DNA of 37,555 nt from Chthoniobacteraceae bacterium. GTDB lineage: Bacteria; Verrucomicrobiota; Verrucomicrobiia; Chthoniobacterales; Chthoniobacteraceae. Below the pieces are notes generated by a model that did no database searches, had not been told where the DNA came from, and saw nothing but the letters and a program-made list of their open reading frames with translations. The stretch spans positions 1 through 37,555 of the forward strand of contig JANNWY010000093.1 in assembly GCA_031409335.1 (NCBI GenBank). Reading direction: 5' to 3'. This document shows positions 1-10,140 of the stretch, piece after piece (position 1 is the stretch's first letter; every line of letters starts with the position of its first letter). A program made the position numbers and the translations under genes.

Positions 1-4
1 GCGA

Positions 5-3000
5 ATGCTCGCGCCCACGGCGGCGACCTTCGGTGCGGAAAACACGTTCGCGTTTCAACAGGACATCGTCTTCAGCGAGATCATGTATCACTTCCCGCCG
101 AATCCCGGCGCGCCGGAAATCCCTGCGGTCACGGCTTCCACGGTGATCGTCCCGCTCGACGCCACCTGGCGCTACAACCGCAGCAACACCAACCTCGGCG
201 CGGCGTGGGCGCAGAGCACGCATCCGGTCGGCGGCGACTGGCTGAGCGGGCCGGCGCTGCTCGGATTCGAGACGACACCCGCCGTGTTGCCGGACACGCT
301 GCGCACTCCGTTCCTCTCGTCGAGTGCGCCGACTTATTATTTCGAGACCGACTTCACCCTCACCGCACAGCAGCTCGCGACGCTCACGGAATTGCGGCTG
401 GAACACGTCATCGACGACGGCGCGGCGTTTTACATCAACGGCGTCGAAATCACGTCCGCGCGCTTCAACCTGCCTGCCGGGTTTTCTTTTGCCACGCCGG
501 GTGTGGGTGTGGTGAATGCCGTGCTGAGCGCGCCGATGGTCATCCCCATCGCGGGCCTGAACCTCCAGGCCGGCCTCAACCGGCTCTCGATCGAGGTGCA
601 TCAGCAGGTCCCTTCGAGCAACGACATGGTGTGCGGCGCGCGGCTGTCGGTCGTGTCGATCGTCACGCCCGCCATGCCAGCCGTCCCCGTGACGGAAAAT
701 CCCGAGGAGTGGATCGAGCTGTTCAACAAAGGCGGAACGTCCGTGAGTCTCGCGGGATGGAAGCTCGATGACGCAGTGGGGTTCACCTTCCCCGCAGGCA
801 CGACGCTCGATCCGGGCGCTTATCTCGTGGTGGCAAAAAATGCGGCGGCGCTGACGGCCAAGTGGCCTGAACACAACACGCGCATCATCGGCAATTATTC
901 GGGTTCACTTTCCAACAATGGCGAACGGATCACGCTCAAGGACGCGAACGGAAATCCCGCCGACGAGACGCGCTACTACGCCGGTGGCGCTTGGCCCGAG
1001 ACCGCCGATGGCGGCGGCGCTTCGCTGGAATTGCGGGACGCGCGCGCGGACAACACGATCGGCTCCGCGTGGGCGGCCAGCGATGAAAGCGGTGATGCGG
1101 CGTGGCAAAACATCAGCTACACGATCGTGGCCGGGCAGACCTTTGGGCAGACGCTTTGGAATGAATTCCGGCTCGGCCTGCACGACAGCGGCGAGTGTCT
1201 CGTGGATGACGTAAGCGTCGTGCGTGTGAGCAATGCGCAGCAGCTCATCCAGGGCGGCAATTTCGAGTCGCTCACGAACAAATGGCGCTTGCTCGGAAAC
1301 CACGGCACGAGCGCGATCGAGACGGAGCCTGGCAATCCGGGCAATCACATCCTGCACATCCGCTCGACCGGCGCGTTCAGTTGGAATCACAACCACATCG
1401 AGACTTCCTACGTGAGCAACACGGCGCTGGTGGACGGGCAAACCTACACGGTGAGCTTCCGCGCGCGCTGGCTCGCCGGCACGAACCAACTCAACAGCCG
1501 CGCGTATTACTCCCGCCTCGCACGCACCACCGAACTGACGATGGCGACACGCATCGGCACGCCGGGCGCGGTGAACTCACGCGGCGTCGCGAACCTCGGC
1601 CCGACGCTCACCGGCCTCGCGCATTCCCCCGTCATCCCGAATGCCGGCGCGCCCGTGACCGTGAGCGCAATCGCGAGCGATCCCGACGGCGTGGCCTCGC
1701 TCACTTTGCGCTACGCGCTGAATGGGAGCGCGTCTTTCGCGAGCGTGGCGATGACTGCGAGCGGCGGCACCTTCTCCGCGCAAATCCCCGGACAGGCCGC
1801 GGGGACCATCGTGCAGTTTTACATCGAAGCCGCCGACAACGCCGCCGCGACTTCCGTGCTCCCCGCCGCGGGCGCAAATTCGCGCGCGCTTTACCTCGTG
1901 AACGACGGCGCCGGCACCGCGCTCAGCGCGCACGAACTGCGCGTCATCATGCTCCCCGCCGATTCGACGAGCCTGCTCGCGACGCTGAACCGCCTGAGCG
2001 ATGCACGCATCGGCGGCACGGCGATCTACCGGCGCGGCGAAGTTTTTTACGATGTCGGCGTGCGGCTCCAGGGCACCGCCGCGGGCCGCATCCGCGATGG
2101 CGAAGAGCACACCGGCTACGATGTCGGCTTTCCTGCCGACCACCTTTTCCGCGGGCTCCACAACAACGTGAACATCGACCGGAGCGGACGCGCACCCGCG
2201 GTCCGGCAGCAGCACGAGATTTATGTGAAGCACCTCTTTCACCGCGCCGGCGTGCCCTGCACGTACGACGACCTCGTCTATTTCATCTCCCCCAGCGGCA
2301 TCCACACCGGCACCGCGATTTTGCAAATGGCGGGCTATGGCGGCGAGTTTGTCTCCTCGCAGTTCGGCGGGGATGGCACGGTCTTCAATCTCGACGGCAC
2401 CTACGAGCCCGGCACCACGACCGACGGGAACTTCGAGAGCCTGAAAAACCCGGTGCCGCTCGCCGCGCAAATCCAGTCCGACTTTACCAACCTCGGGACG
2501 GACAAGGAGCAATACCGCGGACTGCTCGAACAGCGCGCGGGCGGACGGCTGGACGATTTCACGGGCCTCATCCCGTTTTGCCAGGCGATGGGCGACACCG
2601 GGCCGGCCTTCGCCGCGAACATCGCCGCGCGCATGGACGTGAATGAATGGATGCGCTGCGCCGCGATCTATTCGCTGTTCGGCCTCGCCGACTGCTACAT
2701 GACGGGCGGCTTCCCGCACAATCTGCGCGTCCACGTCCCGAGCGACGGGAGGAACGTGACCGCGCTCGCGTGGGACATGGATTTTGTCCACAGCTTCGCC
2801 AGCAACGAACCGCCCATCCTCGCCGGCGGAAATCTGCGGCGCGTCATCGACAACGTCCCCGGCGCGCGCCACGCCTACTACGGCCACCTGTATGACCTCT
2901 GCCAGACGGCTTACAACAGCACCTATATGACGCCGTGGCTCGCGCACTACGGCAGCGTCGTCGGGCAGTCCTACACCGGCAATGCCAGCTACATCGACGC

Positions 3001-4243
3001 GCGCCGCGCCAGCGTGCTTTCTTCTAACCAACTCCCCGCGAGCATCCCTTTTTCGATCACGACCAATGGCGGCGCGGACTTTTCCGTGAACGCCACCACT
3101 GCCGCGCTGGCCGGCAGCGGCTGGATCAACGTGAGCAAAATCCGCCGCGCCGACACCGGTGCCGCGCTCGACCTGACGTGGACCACCGACACCGCGTGGA
3201 CGACGACGATCGCCCTGAACTTCGGCGCGAATCCGATCACGCTGAACGCCTACGACACCAACGGCACGATCGTCGGCACCGATAGCATCACGATCACCAG
3301 CACGCTCCCCGTGCCCACCCCGCGCGACCTCCTGCGCATCACCGAAGTCCACTATCACCCCGCAAATCCGACCACACCCGCCGAACTCGCCGCGAGCGCG
3401 AACCCGGAGGATTTCGAATTCATCGAAGTGCAAAATATCAGCGAGCTGCAACAGGTCGGCATTGGCGGCTGCAAGTTCATCGCTGGAGTGGACGTGACCA
3501 TCCCCGCCGGCACGATCCTGGACGAACTTGAACGCGCTGTCGTCGTCCGCAACGTCGCCGCTTTCCAGGCCCGCTACGGGAACGGTGCGGTCATCCTCGG
3601 CGTCTATGGCCCCGCCGACAGTCTCAGCAATAGCGGCGAAACCATCACGCTCGTCGATGCCACGGGCGCGGTGATCCAGTCATTCACCTACGACGACGCC
3701 TGGCTCCCGCTCACCGACGGCCCCGGTCGCTCGCTCATCGTGCGCGATCCAAGCGCGGCCGTCAGTGCGTGGAATGGCGCAGGTCAATGGGCCGCGAGCA
3801 TCACCCTCGGAGGCACGCCCGGCTTCTCAAACACCGGTCAGTTCGGCACGCAATACGACGGCTGGCGCTACACGTTTTTCTCCGCCGCAGAAGCCGCCAG
3901 CCCCGCGATCAGTGACCCGCTCGTTTCCACCGACGGCGTGACGAACGCTCTGCGCTACGCCCTCGGCTACCTCACCCCGCACCAGCCCACCGCCGCGCTT
4001 TCCGTCATCGGCAACGACGGTACCAACCTCACGATCACCTACCGCCGCACGAAGAACGCCCTCGACGCCACCTTCACCGTCGAAGGCTCGCCCGACCTCG
4101 CGACGTGGACCCCGCTGATCGATCCGCCGACCACGCTCATCGACAACGCCGACGGCACCGAAACGCTCACCGTCCATGACACGATTCCTATGTCCGCCGG
4201 CCCGAAACGCCAGCTTCGGGTGCGCGTGAACTTGCAGCCGTAG
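5..4243 (+). CDS. Large lamin-tail-domain (LTD) / CotH-kinase family protein, 5'-truncated by the window edge
   Basis: LTD motifs (IVFSEIMYH...EEWIELFNK...SLSNNGERITLKD; LRITEVHYHP...DFEFIEVQN). CotH-like motifs FYDVGVRLQG and HNLRVH...AWDMDF. The first residues align to about residue 670 of the paralog at 10141, so the real start lies upstream of the window. Confidence 0.8.
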   Translation: MLAPTAATFGAENTFAFQQDIVFSEIMYHFPPNPGAPEIPAVTASTVIVPLDATWRYNRSNTNLGAAWAQSTHPVGGDWLSGPALLGFETTPAVLPDTLRTPFLSSSAPTYYFETDFTLTAQQLATLTELRLEHVIDDGAAFYINGVEITSARFNLPAGFSFATPGVGVVNAVLSAPMVIPIAGLNLQAGLNRLSIEVHQQVPSSNDMVCGARLSVVSIVTPAMPAVPVTENPEEWIELFNKGGTSVSLAGWKLDDAVGFTFPAGTTLDPGAYLVVAKNAAALTAKWPEHNTRIIGNYSGSLSNNGERITLKDANGNPADETRYYAGGAWPETADGGGASLELRDARADNTIGSAWAASDESGDAAWQNISYTIVAGQTFGQTLWNEFRLGLHDSGECLVDDVSVVRVSNAQQLIQGGNFESLTNKWRLLGNHGTSAIETEPGNPGNHILHIRSTGAFSWNHNHIETSYVSNTALVDGQTYTVSFRARWLAGTNQLNSRAYYSRLARTTELTMATRIGTPGAVNSRGVANLGPTLTGLAHSPVIPNAGAPVTVSAIASDPDGVASLTLRYALNGSASFASVAMTASGGTFSAQIPGQAAGTIVQFYIEAADNAAATSVLPAAGANSRALYLVNDGAGTALSAHELRVIMLPADSTSLLATLNRLSDARIGGTAIYRRGEVFYDVGVRLQGTAAGRIRDGEEHTGYDVGFPADHLFRGLHNNVNIDRSGRAPAVRQQHEIYVKHLFHRAGVPCTYDDLVYFISPSGIHTGTAILQMAGYGGEFVSSQFGGDGTVFNLDGTYEPGTTTDGNFESLKNPVPLAAQIQSDFTNLGTDKEQYRGLLEQRAGGRLDDFTGLIPFCQAMGDTGPAFAANIAARMDVNEWMRCAAIYSLFGLADCYMTGGFPHNLRVHVPSDGRNVTALAWDMDFVHSFASNEPPILAGGNLRRVIDNVPGARHAYYGHLYDLCQTAYNSTYMTPWLAHYGSVVGQSYTGNASYIDARRASVLSSNQLPASIPFSITTNGGADFSVNATTAALAGSGWINVSKIRRADTGAALDLTWTTDTAWTTTIALNFGANPITLNAYDTNGTIVGTDSITITSTLPVPTPRDLLRITEVHYHPANPTTPAELAASANPEDFEFIEVQNISELQQVGIGGCKFIAGVDVTIPAGTILDELERAVVVRNVAAFQARYGNGAVILGVYGPADSLSNSGETITLVDATGAVIQSFTYDDAWLPLTDGPGRSLIVRDPSAAVSAWNGAGQWAASITLGGTPGFSNTGQFGTQYDGWRYTFFSAAEAASPAISDPLVSTDGVTNALRYALGYLTPHQPTAALSVIGNDGTNLTITYRRTKNALDATFTVEGSPDLATWTPLIDPPTTLIDNADGTETLTVHDTIPMSAGPKRQLRVRVNLQP

Positions 4244-4349
4244 CGTTTGCCCCCGCTGCGAGTGGCATGTATCGGCGTAGTATCTGCGCTCCGGCTGGAA
4301 AATCGGCCACTTGTTTTTCTCCCGAGCGGCAGGTGCAGACGGATCCGGC

Positions 4350-4641
4350 TGTGATTAAATGTGGTGCAAATGCGGCGCTCGCGATGTGTCCCGGAGGGAC
4401 AGCGGAAATTAGCCGGGGGTGGAGCGAGTCCACGAGCGCAACCCCCGGACTCCCGCAGCCAAACGGTACCCGCCCCGGCAGGGGCGGTGGAAGTTGGCTC
4501 CCGAATTTCCATCGTCCCTGCCGGGTCGGTTCCGTTTTCTTCGAGGGTTCCGGGGGTTCCGCTGCGCTCTTCCCCCGGCTAATTTCCTCTCGTCCCTCCG
4601 GGACGGATTCCACCAATTGATTTGCACCACATTTAATCACA
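4350..4641. repeat. 292-bp nested palindromic element (REP/REPIN- or MITE-like) with perfect 22-bp terminal inverted repeats
   Basis: tgtgattaaatgtggtgcaaat (4350-4371) is the reverse complement of 4620-4641. Inner pairs: 4388-4400/4592-4604, 4404-4419/4572-4587, 4440-4449/4549-4558 and about 4471-4491/4508-4529. Confidence 0.85.
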
Positions 4642-4698
4642 CAGACTGATCCTCACGTTTTCGTTTCCACACCGGCCTGATTCTGATTTCCCTACTTC

Positions 4699-6096
4699 AT
4701 GAAATACGCCGCCCTGTCTCTGCTCTGCGCTTGCTCCGCCGCTCTTGCGGCCAAAGCTCCGGTCAAAAGCGAACCGTTCACCGTTCGCCCGACACTCTCG
4801 GCGACGGTGCTTCCGGATGCGGTCTTGCCGATCGCCGTCGATGCGCGGCAGTGGAGCGTTTTCACCATCGTCGAGATCGTTTCGCATGGGAGCGCGGTGA
4901 AGAAGGATCAGGTGCTCGTTCGGTTCGATGACGAGGATTTTTTGAAAAAACTCCGCGATGCCGAGTCCGCCGCCACGGCGGGCAAGCTCTCACAGGCGAA
5001 TGCGGAAGCGGAATTCATCACTATGGAAAAGAGCCTGCCGATCCAGTTGCAGGCGGCGAAAATCAAGGCGGAGGAAGCGGCGGAGGCGTGGGAGTATTTC
5101 AAAAATGTGCGGCGCGAAGCGGATATCACGAGGGCGAATCTGACGCTGAAGCAGACCGAGCTTCGGCTGGATGGGGAGCGGGAGGAATTGGTGCAGTTGG
5201 AGAAGATGTACAAGGCCGACGACGTCACGGAGAATACCGAGGAAATCGTGCTCAAGCGTCAGCGCGAAAGCGTGAAGGCAGCGGAGATCGGGCTGGCGCT
5301 GGCGAAGCTCAGTCACAAACGGCAAATGGAAACTTCGCTTCCGCGCGAGGCGGTGACTTTGGAGCGCGAGGCACTGAATTCTGCCATCGCGATCAAGGAA
5401 CAGGAGCAGAGCATCCCGCGTAGTCTGGAGTTGAAGCGGATCGCGCTGGAAGACGCGCGCGTCGCCGCCAAGCGCGCTGCGGAAAACCTGGCGAAGCTCC
5501 AGTCGGAGAAAGCTCTGTTCGTGATCAAAGCTCCGGCGGACGGCTATTTTTACTACGGCACCATCCAGGATGGGCGCTGGTCGCCGGGCGATCCTGCGAA
5601 AGCGCCCACCGTGCATATGCCCGTCGGGACGCGACGCCCCTTTGCGGTGCTCGTTCCGGCCAATGCCACGATGTTGCTGGAATCGGCCGTGGACGAAACC
5701 ACGATGCGTTCGTTGAAAGCGGAACTCGCGGGTTTCGCAAACGTCACGGGACGGGCGGACGTTTCCTTTCCGGTGAAGATCTCCAGCGTTTCCCAGACTC
5801 CGGGTGTCGATGGGCGCTACCGCGTCACACTCAGCGGTCAATATCCCGCGGATATTCCGCTGGTCGCTGGCACGACGGCTTCGGCACAAATCATCGCGTA
5901 TCGCCAAGACGCCGCGCTTACCGTTCCCGTGAAGGCGCTGAACGCGACGGATGACGGTGGCTGGGAAGTGGAGATCGAAGAGGCCGAGGGAAAGACGAAG
6001 CGCGTGCCTGTGAAGCGCGGCATGACGTCGGGCGATAAAGTGGAAATCCTCTCGGGCCTTTCGGCGGACCAATCGGTCATCATTCCCGGCGCATGA
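4699..6096 (+). CDS. HlyD/RND-type periplasmic adaptor (membrane fusion protein)-like protein
   Basis: Signal peptide, lipoyl-like half motifs (VSHGSAVKKDQVLVRFD ... IKAPADG) around a long coiled coil, and a C-terminal LTVPVKAL...RVPVKRG...VEILSGL typical of MFPs. Confidence 0.75.
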   Translation: MKYAALSLLCACSAALAAKAPVKSEPFTVRPTLSATVLPDAVLPIAVDARQWSVFTIVEIVSHGSAVKKDQVLVRFDDEDFLKKLRDAESAATAGKLSQANAEAEFITMEKSLPIQLQAAKIKAEEAAEAWEYFKNVRREADITRANLTLKQTELRLDGEREELVQLEKMYKADDVTENTEEIVLKRQRESVKAAEIGLALAKLSHKRQMETSLPREAVTLEREALNSAIAIKEQEQSIPRSLELKRIALEDARVAAKRAAENLAKLQSEKALFVIKAPADGYFYYGTIQDGRWSPGDPAKAPTVHMPVGTRRPFAVLVPANATMLLESAVDETTMRSLKAELAGFANVTGRADVSFPVKISSVSQTPGVDGRYRVTLSGQYPADIPLVAGTTASAQIIAYRQDAALTVPVKALNATDDGGWEVEIEEAEGKTKRVPVKRGMTSGDKVEILSGLSADQSVIIPGA

Positions 6097-7310
6097 GATC
6101 GCTGATCGTCGTGGCGTTTCTCGCGAGTGGCCTCGCGCTTTTCGCGGAATCGGTTCCGGAAAAATCTGCCGTCGTCGATAGTCGCGTGCTCATTCCCAAG
6201 GAGCAGATCACGCTCGCCGCGGTCGAGGCGGCGATGACGAAGGGCGTGGACTTTTTGGTGGTAAAACAAAACGCCGATGGATCGTTTGGCAGTGCGCGCC
6301 GGACGAAAGAGCTGAACATCTACGCGCCGCTTCCCGGTGCCCAAGATGCCTACCTCGCCGGGACGAGCGGGCTCGCGATTTCGGGCCTGATCGATGCGCA
6401 CGATTCTCGACCCGAAGTAAAGGCGGCGATCGAGAAGGCGGAGAAGTGGGCGTTTGCCAAACTGCCGGAGCTACGCCGCGCGGATGCCACGACGACTTAC
6501 AATGCGTGGGGCCATGCGTATGGGTTGCGGGCAATTTCGCGGCTATATCAATCCGCCGCTGGTGATGCCACGCGACAGGCTGCGCTCAAGGCCCTCGCCC
6601 AACAGCAAGCCGGGCTCGCCGACCGCTACGAATACCTGAACGGCGGATGGGGATATCTGCACCTCTTTGAGGAACTGCACACGCAAAAGCCGACGGGCAT
6701 CACGACCTCATTTACCACCGCAAGCGTGCTCCTCGCCATGCACGAAGCGCGCCAAACGATGGGCATCACGCTCGATCCGAAAATCGTCGAATCATCGCTC
6801 GCATCGATTCGCCGCCAGCAGTTTCCGGATTTCACCTACGCCTACTCCCACAGCCACCGCCTCGCGCCGCAGAATGAAATCAATCGCCGGAATGGATCGC
6901 TCGGACGCTCGCAAGCCTGCAACGCGACGCTCCGCGCGTTCGGCGACGCGAAGATTACCGACGCGGTGCTGACGAAGTGGGCCGACAATTTCATCGAGTT
7001 CGAACACTGGCTCGATCACGGGCGCAAGAAGCCCGTCCCGCACGAATCCACGTTCAAAATCGCCGGCTATTTCTACTACTACGGCATCTACTATTTCACC
7101 GTCTCCGTGCAGTATTTGCCGAAGGAAAAACAACGCGAACTCGCCAGATCGCTCGCGCGAATCATTCTCACGCGGCAGGAAAAAGACGGCTCGTGGTGGG
7201 ACTACCCGCTCTACGATTACGGCCAGGCCTACGGCACCGGCTACGCGCTCATGTCCCTGAAATGGTGCCGCGAGGCGATGCAAGAGGCCGCATCACCATC
7301 GTTGCAGTGA
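6093..7310 (+). CDS. Secreted prenyltransferase/squalene-oxidase repeat (alpha/alpha toroid) protein
   Basis: Signal peptide. QW-like repeats GVDFLVVKQNADGSF, NGGWGY and ILTRQEKDGSW. Overlaps the upstream stop (ATGA). Confidence 0.7.
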   Translation: MRSLIVVAFLASGLALFAESVPEKSAVVDSRVLIPKEQITLAAVEAAMTKGVDFLVVKQNADGSFGSARRTKELNIYAPLPGAQDAYLAGTSGLAISGLIDAHDSRPEVKAAIEKAEKWAFAKLPELRRADATTTYNAWGHAYGLRAISRLYQSAAGDATRQAALKALAQQQAGLADRYEYLNGGWGYLHLFEELHTQKPTGITTSFTTASVLLAMHEARQTMGITLDPKIVESSLASIRRQQFPDFTYAYSHSHRLAPQNEINRRNGSLGRSQACNATLRAFGDAKITDAVLTKWADNFIEFEHWLDHGRKKPVPHESTFKIAGYFYYYGIYYFTVSVQYLPKEKQRELARSLARIILTRQEKDGSWWDYPLYDYGQAYGTGYALMSLKWCREAMQEAASPSLQ

Positions 7311-7414
7311 TCGCATCAGCGCTCGCCTGACATTTTTTTGACATTCCTTTTACCGCGCTCTGGCACCGCGGTTCTAAGGATGAGGTAGAGGTTTTCGTCG
7401 AACACACGAAACCT

Positions 7415-8806
7415 ATGAACCTCAAACTCCATTCCTCAAAAAACACCTCACCGCTCGCGGGCTCTGCCTGCGCGCTCATCGCGGGGCTGGCGCTCGCATT
7501 GACCTCTGCCGTATGGACGCCGCGCGCTCTGGCCAAGGAGCCCGCGCGAAAGTCGGTGCAAGCGCCACAGGAACCGAAAGCGGAAACGAAGATCCCGGCA
7601 CGATCACCCGAAGATGCGCTGCGTGTCGGTCTGGAATACCTCCTCAAGCAGCAGCAGAAAGATGGTGGCTGGGGACAGGGTGGCGGCTGGCGGCAGGGCA
7701 ACGATCAGCGGGGCGCGCGAGTCGAGGGCGCGAATGTGGAGGATCCGTCCGATCTTGGAAATACAGCCGTGAGCGTGGTGACGCTGCTGCGCGCGGGGGA
7801 TTCGCCGGCGCAGGGCGAGCATCGCGATGCGGCGCGCAAGGCGTTCGAGTTCATCTGCCAGCAGGTCGAGAAGGCGGACGACTCTTCGCTCTACGTGACG
7901 GCGGTGCGCGACACGCAGTTGCAGGTGAAGATCGGCAGCTACGTCGATACCTTTCTCACCGGTTGGGCGCTGTCCGAGTTGAAAGGCCGGCTCGCCGATG
8001 ACGATGCGGAAAAACGCCGCGCTTCAGCGCTCGACAAGGTCGTGGCAAAGATCGAACGCAATCAAAAGGACGACGGTTCCTTTTCGGAAAACAAAGGCTG
8101 GGCCGCAGTGCTTTCGCAAGGTTTGTGCAGCAAGGCGCTGAACTCCGCCGCGCGCAGCGGTGCAAAGGTGAGCGCGAAGGCGCTGGACAAGGATCAGCAG
8201 CAAAATCTTGCGGGACTCGATGTGGCGAAGGGCGATTTCAGCGCGCCGACCACAGCGGCGGAGCCGACGAGCGCGGGCGTGTCGCTTTATCGCGAAGCGG
8301 CGAAGCTCGGCGGACTCGTGGAGAAATCGAAATCGAACGCGCCGCGCAAGGCGGAGGCGCAGCGGCGGATCGCCGATCCGAAAGCGCCCGCGCCGGAGAA
8401 GGCGCAGGCGGAGCAGGAGTTGAAGCAGTTTGCGGATGATGAAACCGCGTCCCAGGTCGCGCAGAAGGCGATTGCTGGAAAACTCACCGACGGCCGTTTC
8501 GTCGCCGGTTTTGGCAACAACGGCGGCGAGGAATTTCTGAGCTACCTCAATCTCGGCGAGAGCCTGCGCGAACGCGGCGGCAAGGAATGGGATGCGTGGA
8601 AGGCAAAGATGCAAACGATGCTTTGTTCCGCGCAAAATCAGGACGGAAGTTGGGTGGGTCATCACTGCATCACTGGGCGCATTTTTTGCACCTCGACCGC
8701 GCTGCTCACGCTGCTCATCGACCGTGCTCCCGCGGGTCCCGTGATCGGGACGAAAGCTCCCGAGAAAAGCGAGCCGACGCCGGTGAAGACTGTCGCCGCG
8801 GAGTAG
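7415..8806 (+). CDS. Secreted prenyltransferase/squalene-oxidase repeat protein
   Basis: Hydrophobic signal ending ALA. Repeats GLEYLLKQQQKDGGW, IERNQKDDGSF and LCSAQNQDGSW. Confidence 0.7.
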   Translation: MNLKLHSSKNTSPLAGSACALIAGLALALTSAVWTPRALAKEPARKSVQAPQEPKAETKIPARSPEDALRVGLEYLLKQQQKDGGWGQGGGWRQGNDQRGARVEGANVEDPSDLGNTAVSVVTLLRAGDSPAQGEHRDAARKAFEFICQQVEKADDSSLYVTAVRDTQLQVKIGSYVDTFLTGWALSELKGRLADDDAEKRRASALDKVVAKIERNQKDDGSFSENKGWAAVLSQGLCSKALNSAARSGAKVSAKALDKDQQQNLAGLDVAKGDFSAPTTAAEPTSAGVSLYREAAKLGGLVEKSKSNAPRKAEAQRRIADPKAPAPEKAQAEQELKQFADDETASQVAQKAIAGKLTDGRFVAGFGNNGGEEFLSYLNLGESLRERGGKEWDAWKAKMQTMLCSAQNQDGSWVGHHCITGRIFCTSTALLTLLIDRAPAGPVIGTKAPEKSEPTPVKTVAAE

Positions 8807-8808
8807 CG

Positions 8809-9969
8809 ATGATGGTGCAATCCCGCCGCGAATTCCTGCTGCGCGCCGGTGCGCTGTGCGGCGGCGCGCTCACCGGCTGGGCCGGAATGCCGCGCACCGA
8901 CGCTGCTGAAGTGCGGCGCGCGGCAGTGGCCTTTCTCGTCGCGCGACAATCGGCGGACGGCGCGTGGCGCTCGACCCACTACGGTGCGTTCCGCGACGGC
9001 GACGCGCTCACACCGCTCGTGCTCTGGGCGCTCACCAGCGTGCCCCGCGCGGATGCAGGAAGCGTGGCGCACGGGATCGGCTGGCTGGAAAAGCTGACGC
9101 TCGCTCAATCCGCACGTCCCGAGGCGTGGACCGAATTGCGCTATCCGCTTTTCACCGCCAGCTACTCCGCGCAGATTTTCGCGAAACAGGGCGACGATCG
9201 TCGCGCCGGATTTTGGGCCGATGTCGTCGAGCAACTCCGCATCGCCCCATCGCTCGGATGGCCCGCGGATGCCGACGCCTGTGGCGCGTGGAGCGATGCG
9301 CCCGCGCCACCACGGCTTTCACCCGGCGCCTCGCCTCCGCCGGACATGCTCGCGCCCAATCTCTCCGCGACGGTCCTCGGCCTTCAGGCACTCATCGCCA
9401 CCGGGCGACGCGATCGCACCGCGGCGGCGCTGCCGTTCCTCACGCAATGCCAAAATTTCTCCGCGTCGTCGTCCGATTCGTTTGCTGACGGCGGATTCTT
9501 CTTCGCTCCCGGCGATCCCATCAGAAACAAGGCGGGCATCGCCGGTCGCGACGCCGCGGGTCGCGAACGCTATCACTCGTACGGCAGCGCGACTTGCGAT
9601 GGAGTCCTCGCCCTGCACGCCTGCGGCCTGACGCTCACCGACCCGCGCCTTCGTGCCGCAGTCACATGGCTCCAGCGCCACACCGCCGGCGCGCACCACA
9701 GCGGCACATGGGCCGCAGACCGCACCGACGAACGCGAATCGCTCCGCTTTTACCACGCCCAGGCGCTGGCCGCCGTATTCCCGATCGCGAGCCATGATTC
9801 CTCTCCCTGTGCATGGGCCACGGCCCAGCACCAGTCGTTAATCAGCGACCTCGTGAGTCAGCGAAACTTGGACGCCTCGTGGGCGGGGATCTGTCCGGAA
9901 AGCTTTGAAGATGACCCAATGATCGCCTCTGCATTCGCCCTGCGAGCGCTTTCCTTTGGAGAACTTTGA
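8809..9969 (+). CDS. Tat-exported prenyltransferase/squalene-oxidase repeat protein
   Basis: Start re-assigned to the ATG 2 nt after the upstream stop. Twin-arginine SRREFLLRAG. Repeats AVAFLVARQSADGAW, FLTQCQN...DGGFFF and LVSQRNLDASW. Confidence 0.7.
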   Translation: MMVQSRREFLLRAGALCGGALTGWAGMPRTDAAEVRRAAVAFLVARQSADGAWRSTHYGAFRDGDALTPLVLWALTSVPRADAGSVAHGIGWLEKLTLAQSARPEAWTELRYPLFTASYSAQIFAKQGDDRRAGFWADVVEQLRIAPSLGWPADADACGAWSDAPAPPRLSPGASPPPDMLAPNLSATVLGLQALIATGRRDRTAAALPFLTQCQNFSASSSDSFADGGFFFAPGDPIRNKAGIAGRDAAGRERYHSYGSATCDGVLALHACGLTLTDPRLRAAVTWLQRHTAGAHHSGTWAADRTDERESLRFYHAQALAAVFPIASHDSSPCAWATAQHQSLISDLVSQRNLDASWAGICPESFEDDPMIASAFALRALSFGEL

Positions 9970-10140
9970 AGCGGATCGTGCGCGTCGTTCCTTCCGTAGT
10001 TCCGGCGGGTCTAACGCGGAGAGTGGTTGCCTGGAGTGATGCAAAACAAACGTAACCCCGGCAGAAACTCCTAGCGGACATAAGATGAGGCGGGAAGATG
10101 CGCTAGCCGCTGGCGGTCATCGCAGCGTTCCAATCCCCTT

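Noticed and set aside
4039..4649. Several short ORFs on both strands
   Set aside because: They are translations of the palindromic element, with no protein-like features.
6093..9969. Hopanoid/terpene cyclase cluster
   Set aside because: The proteins are single-barrel length, carry export signals and lack a clear catalytic DXDD motif.
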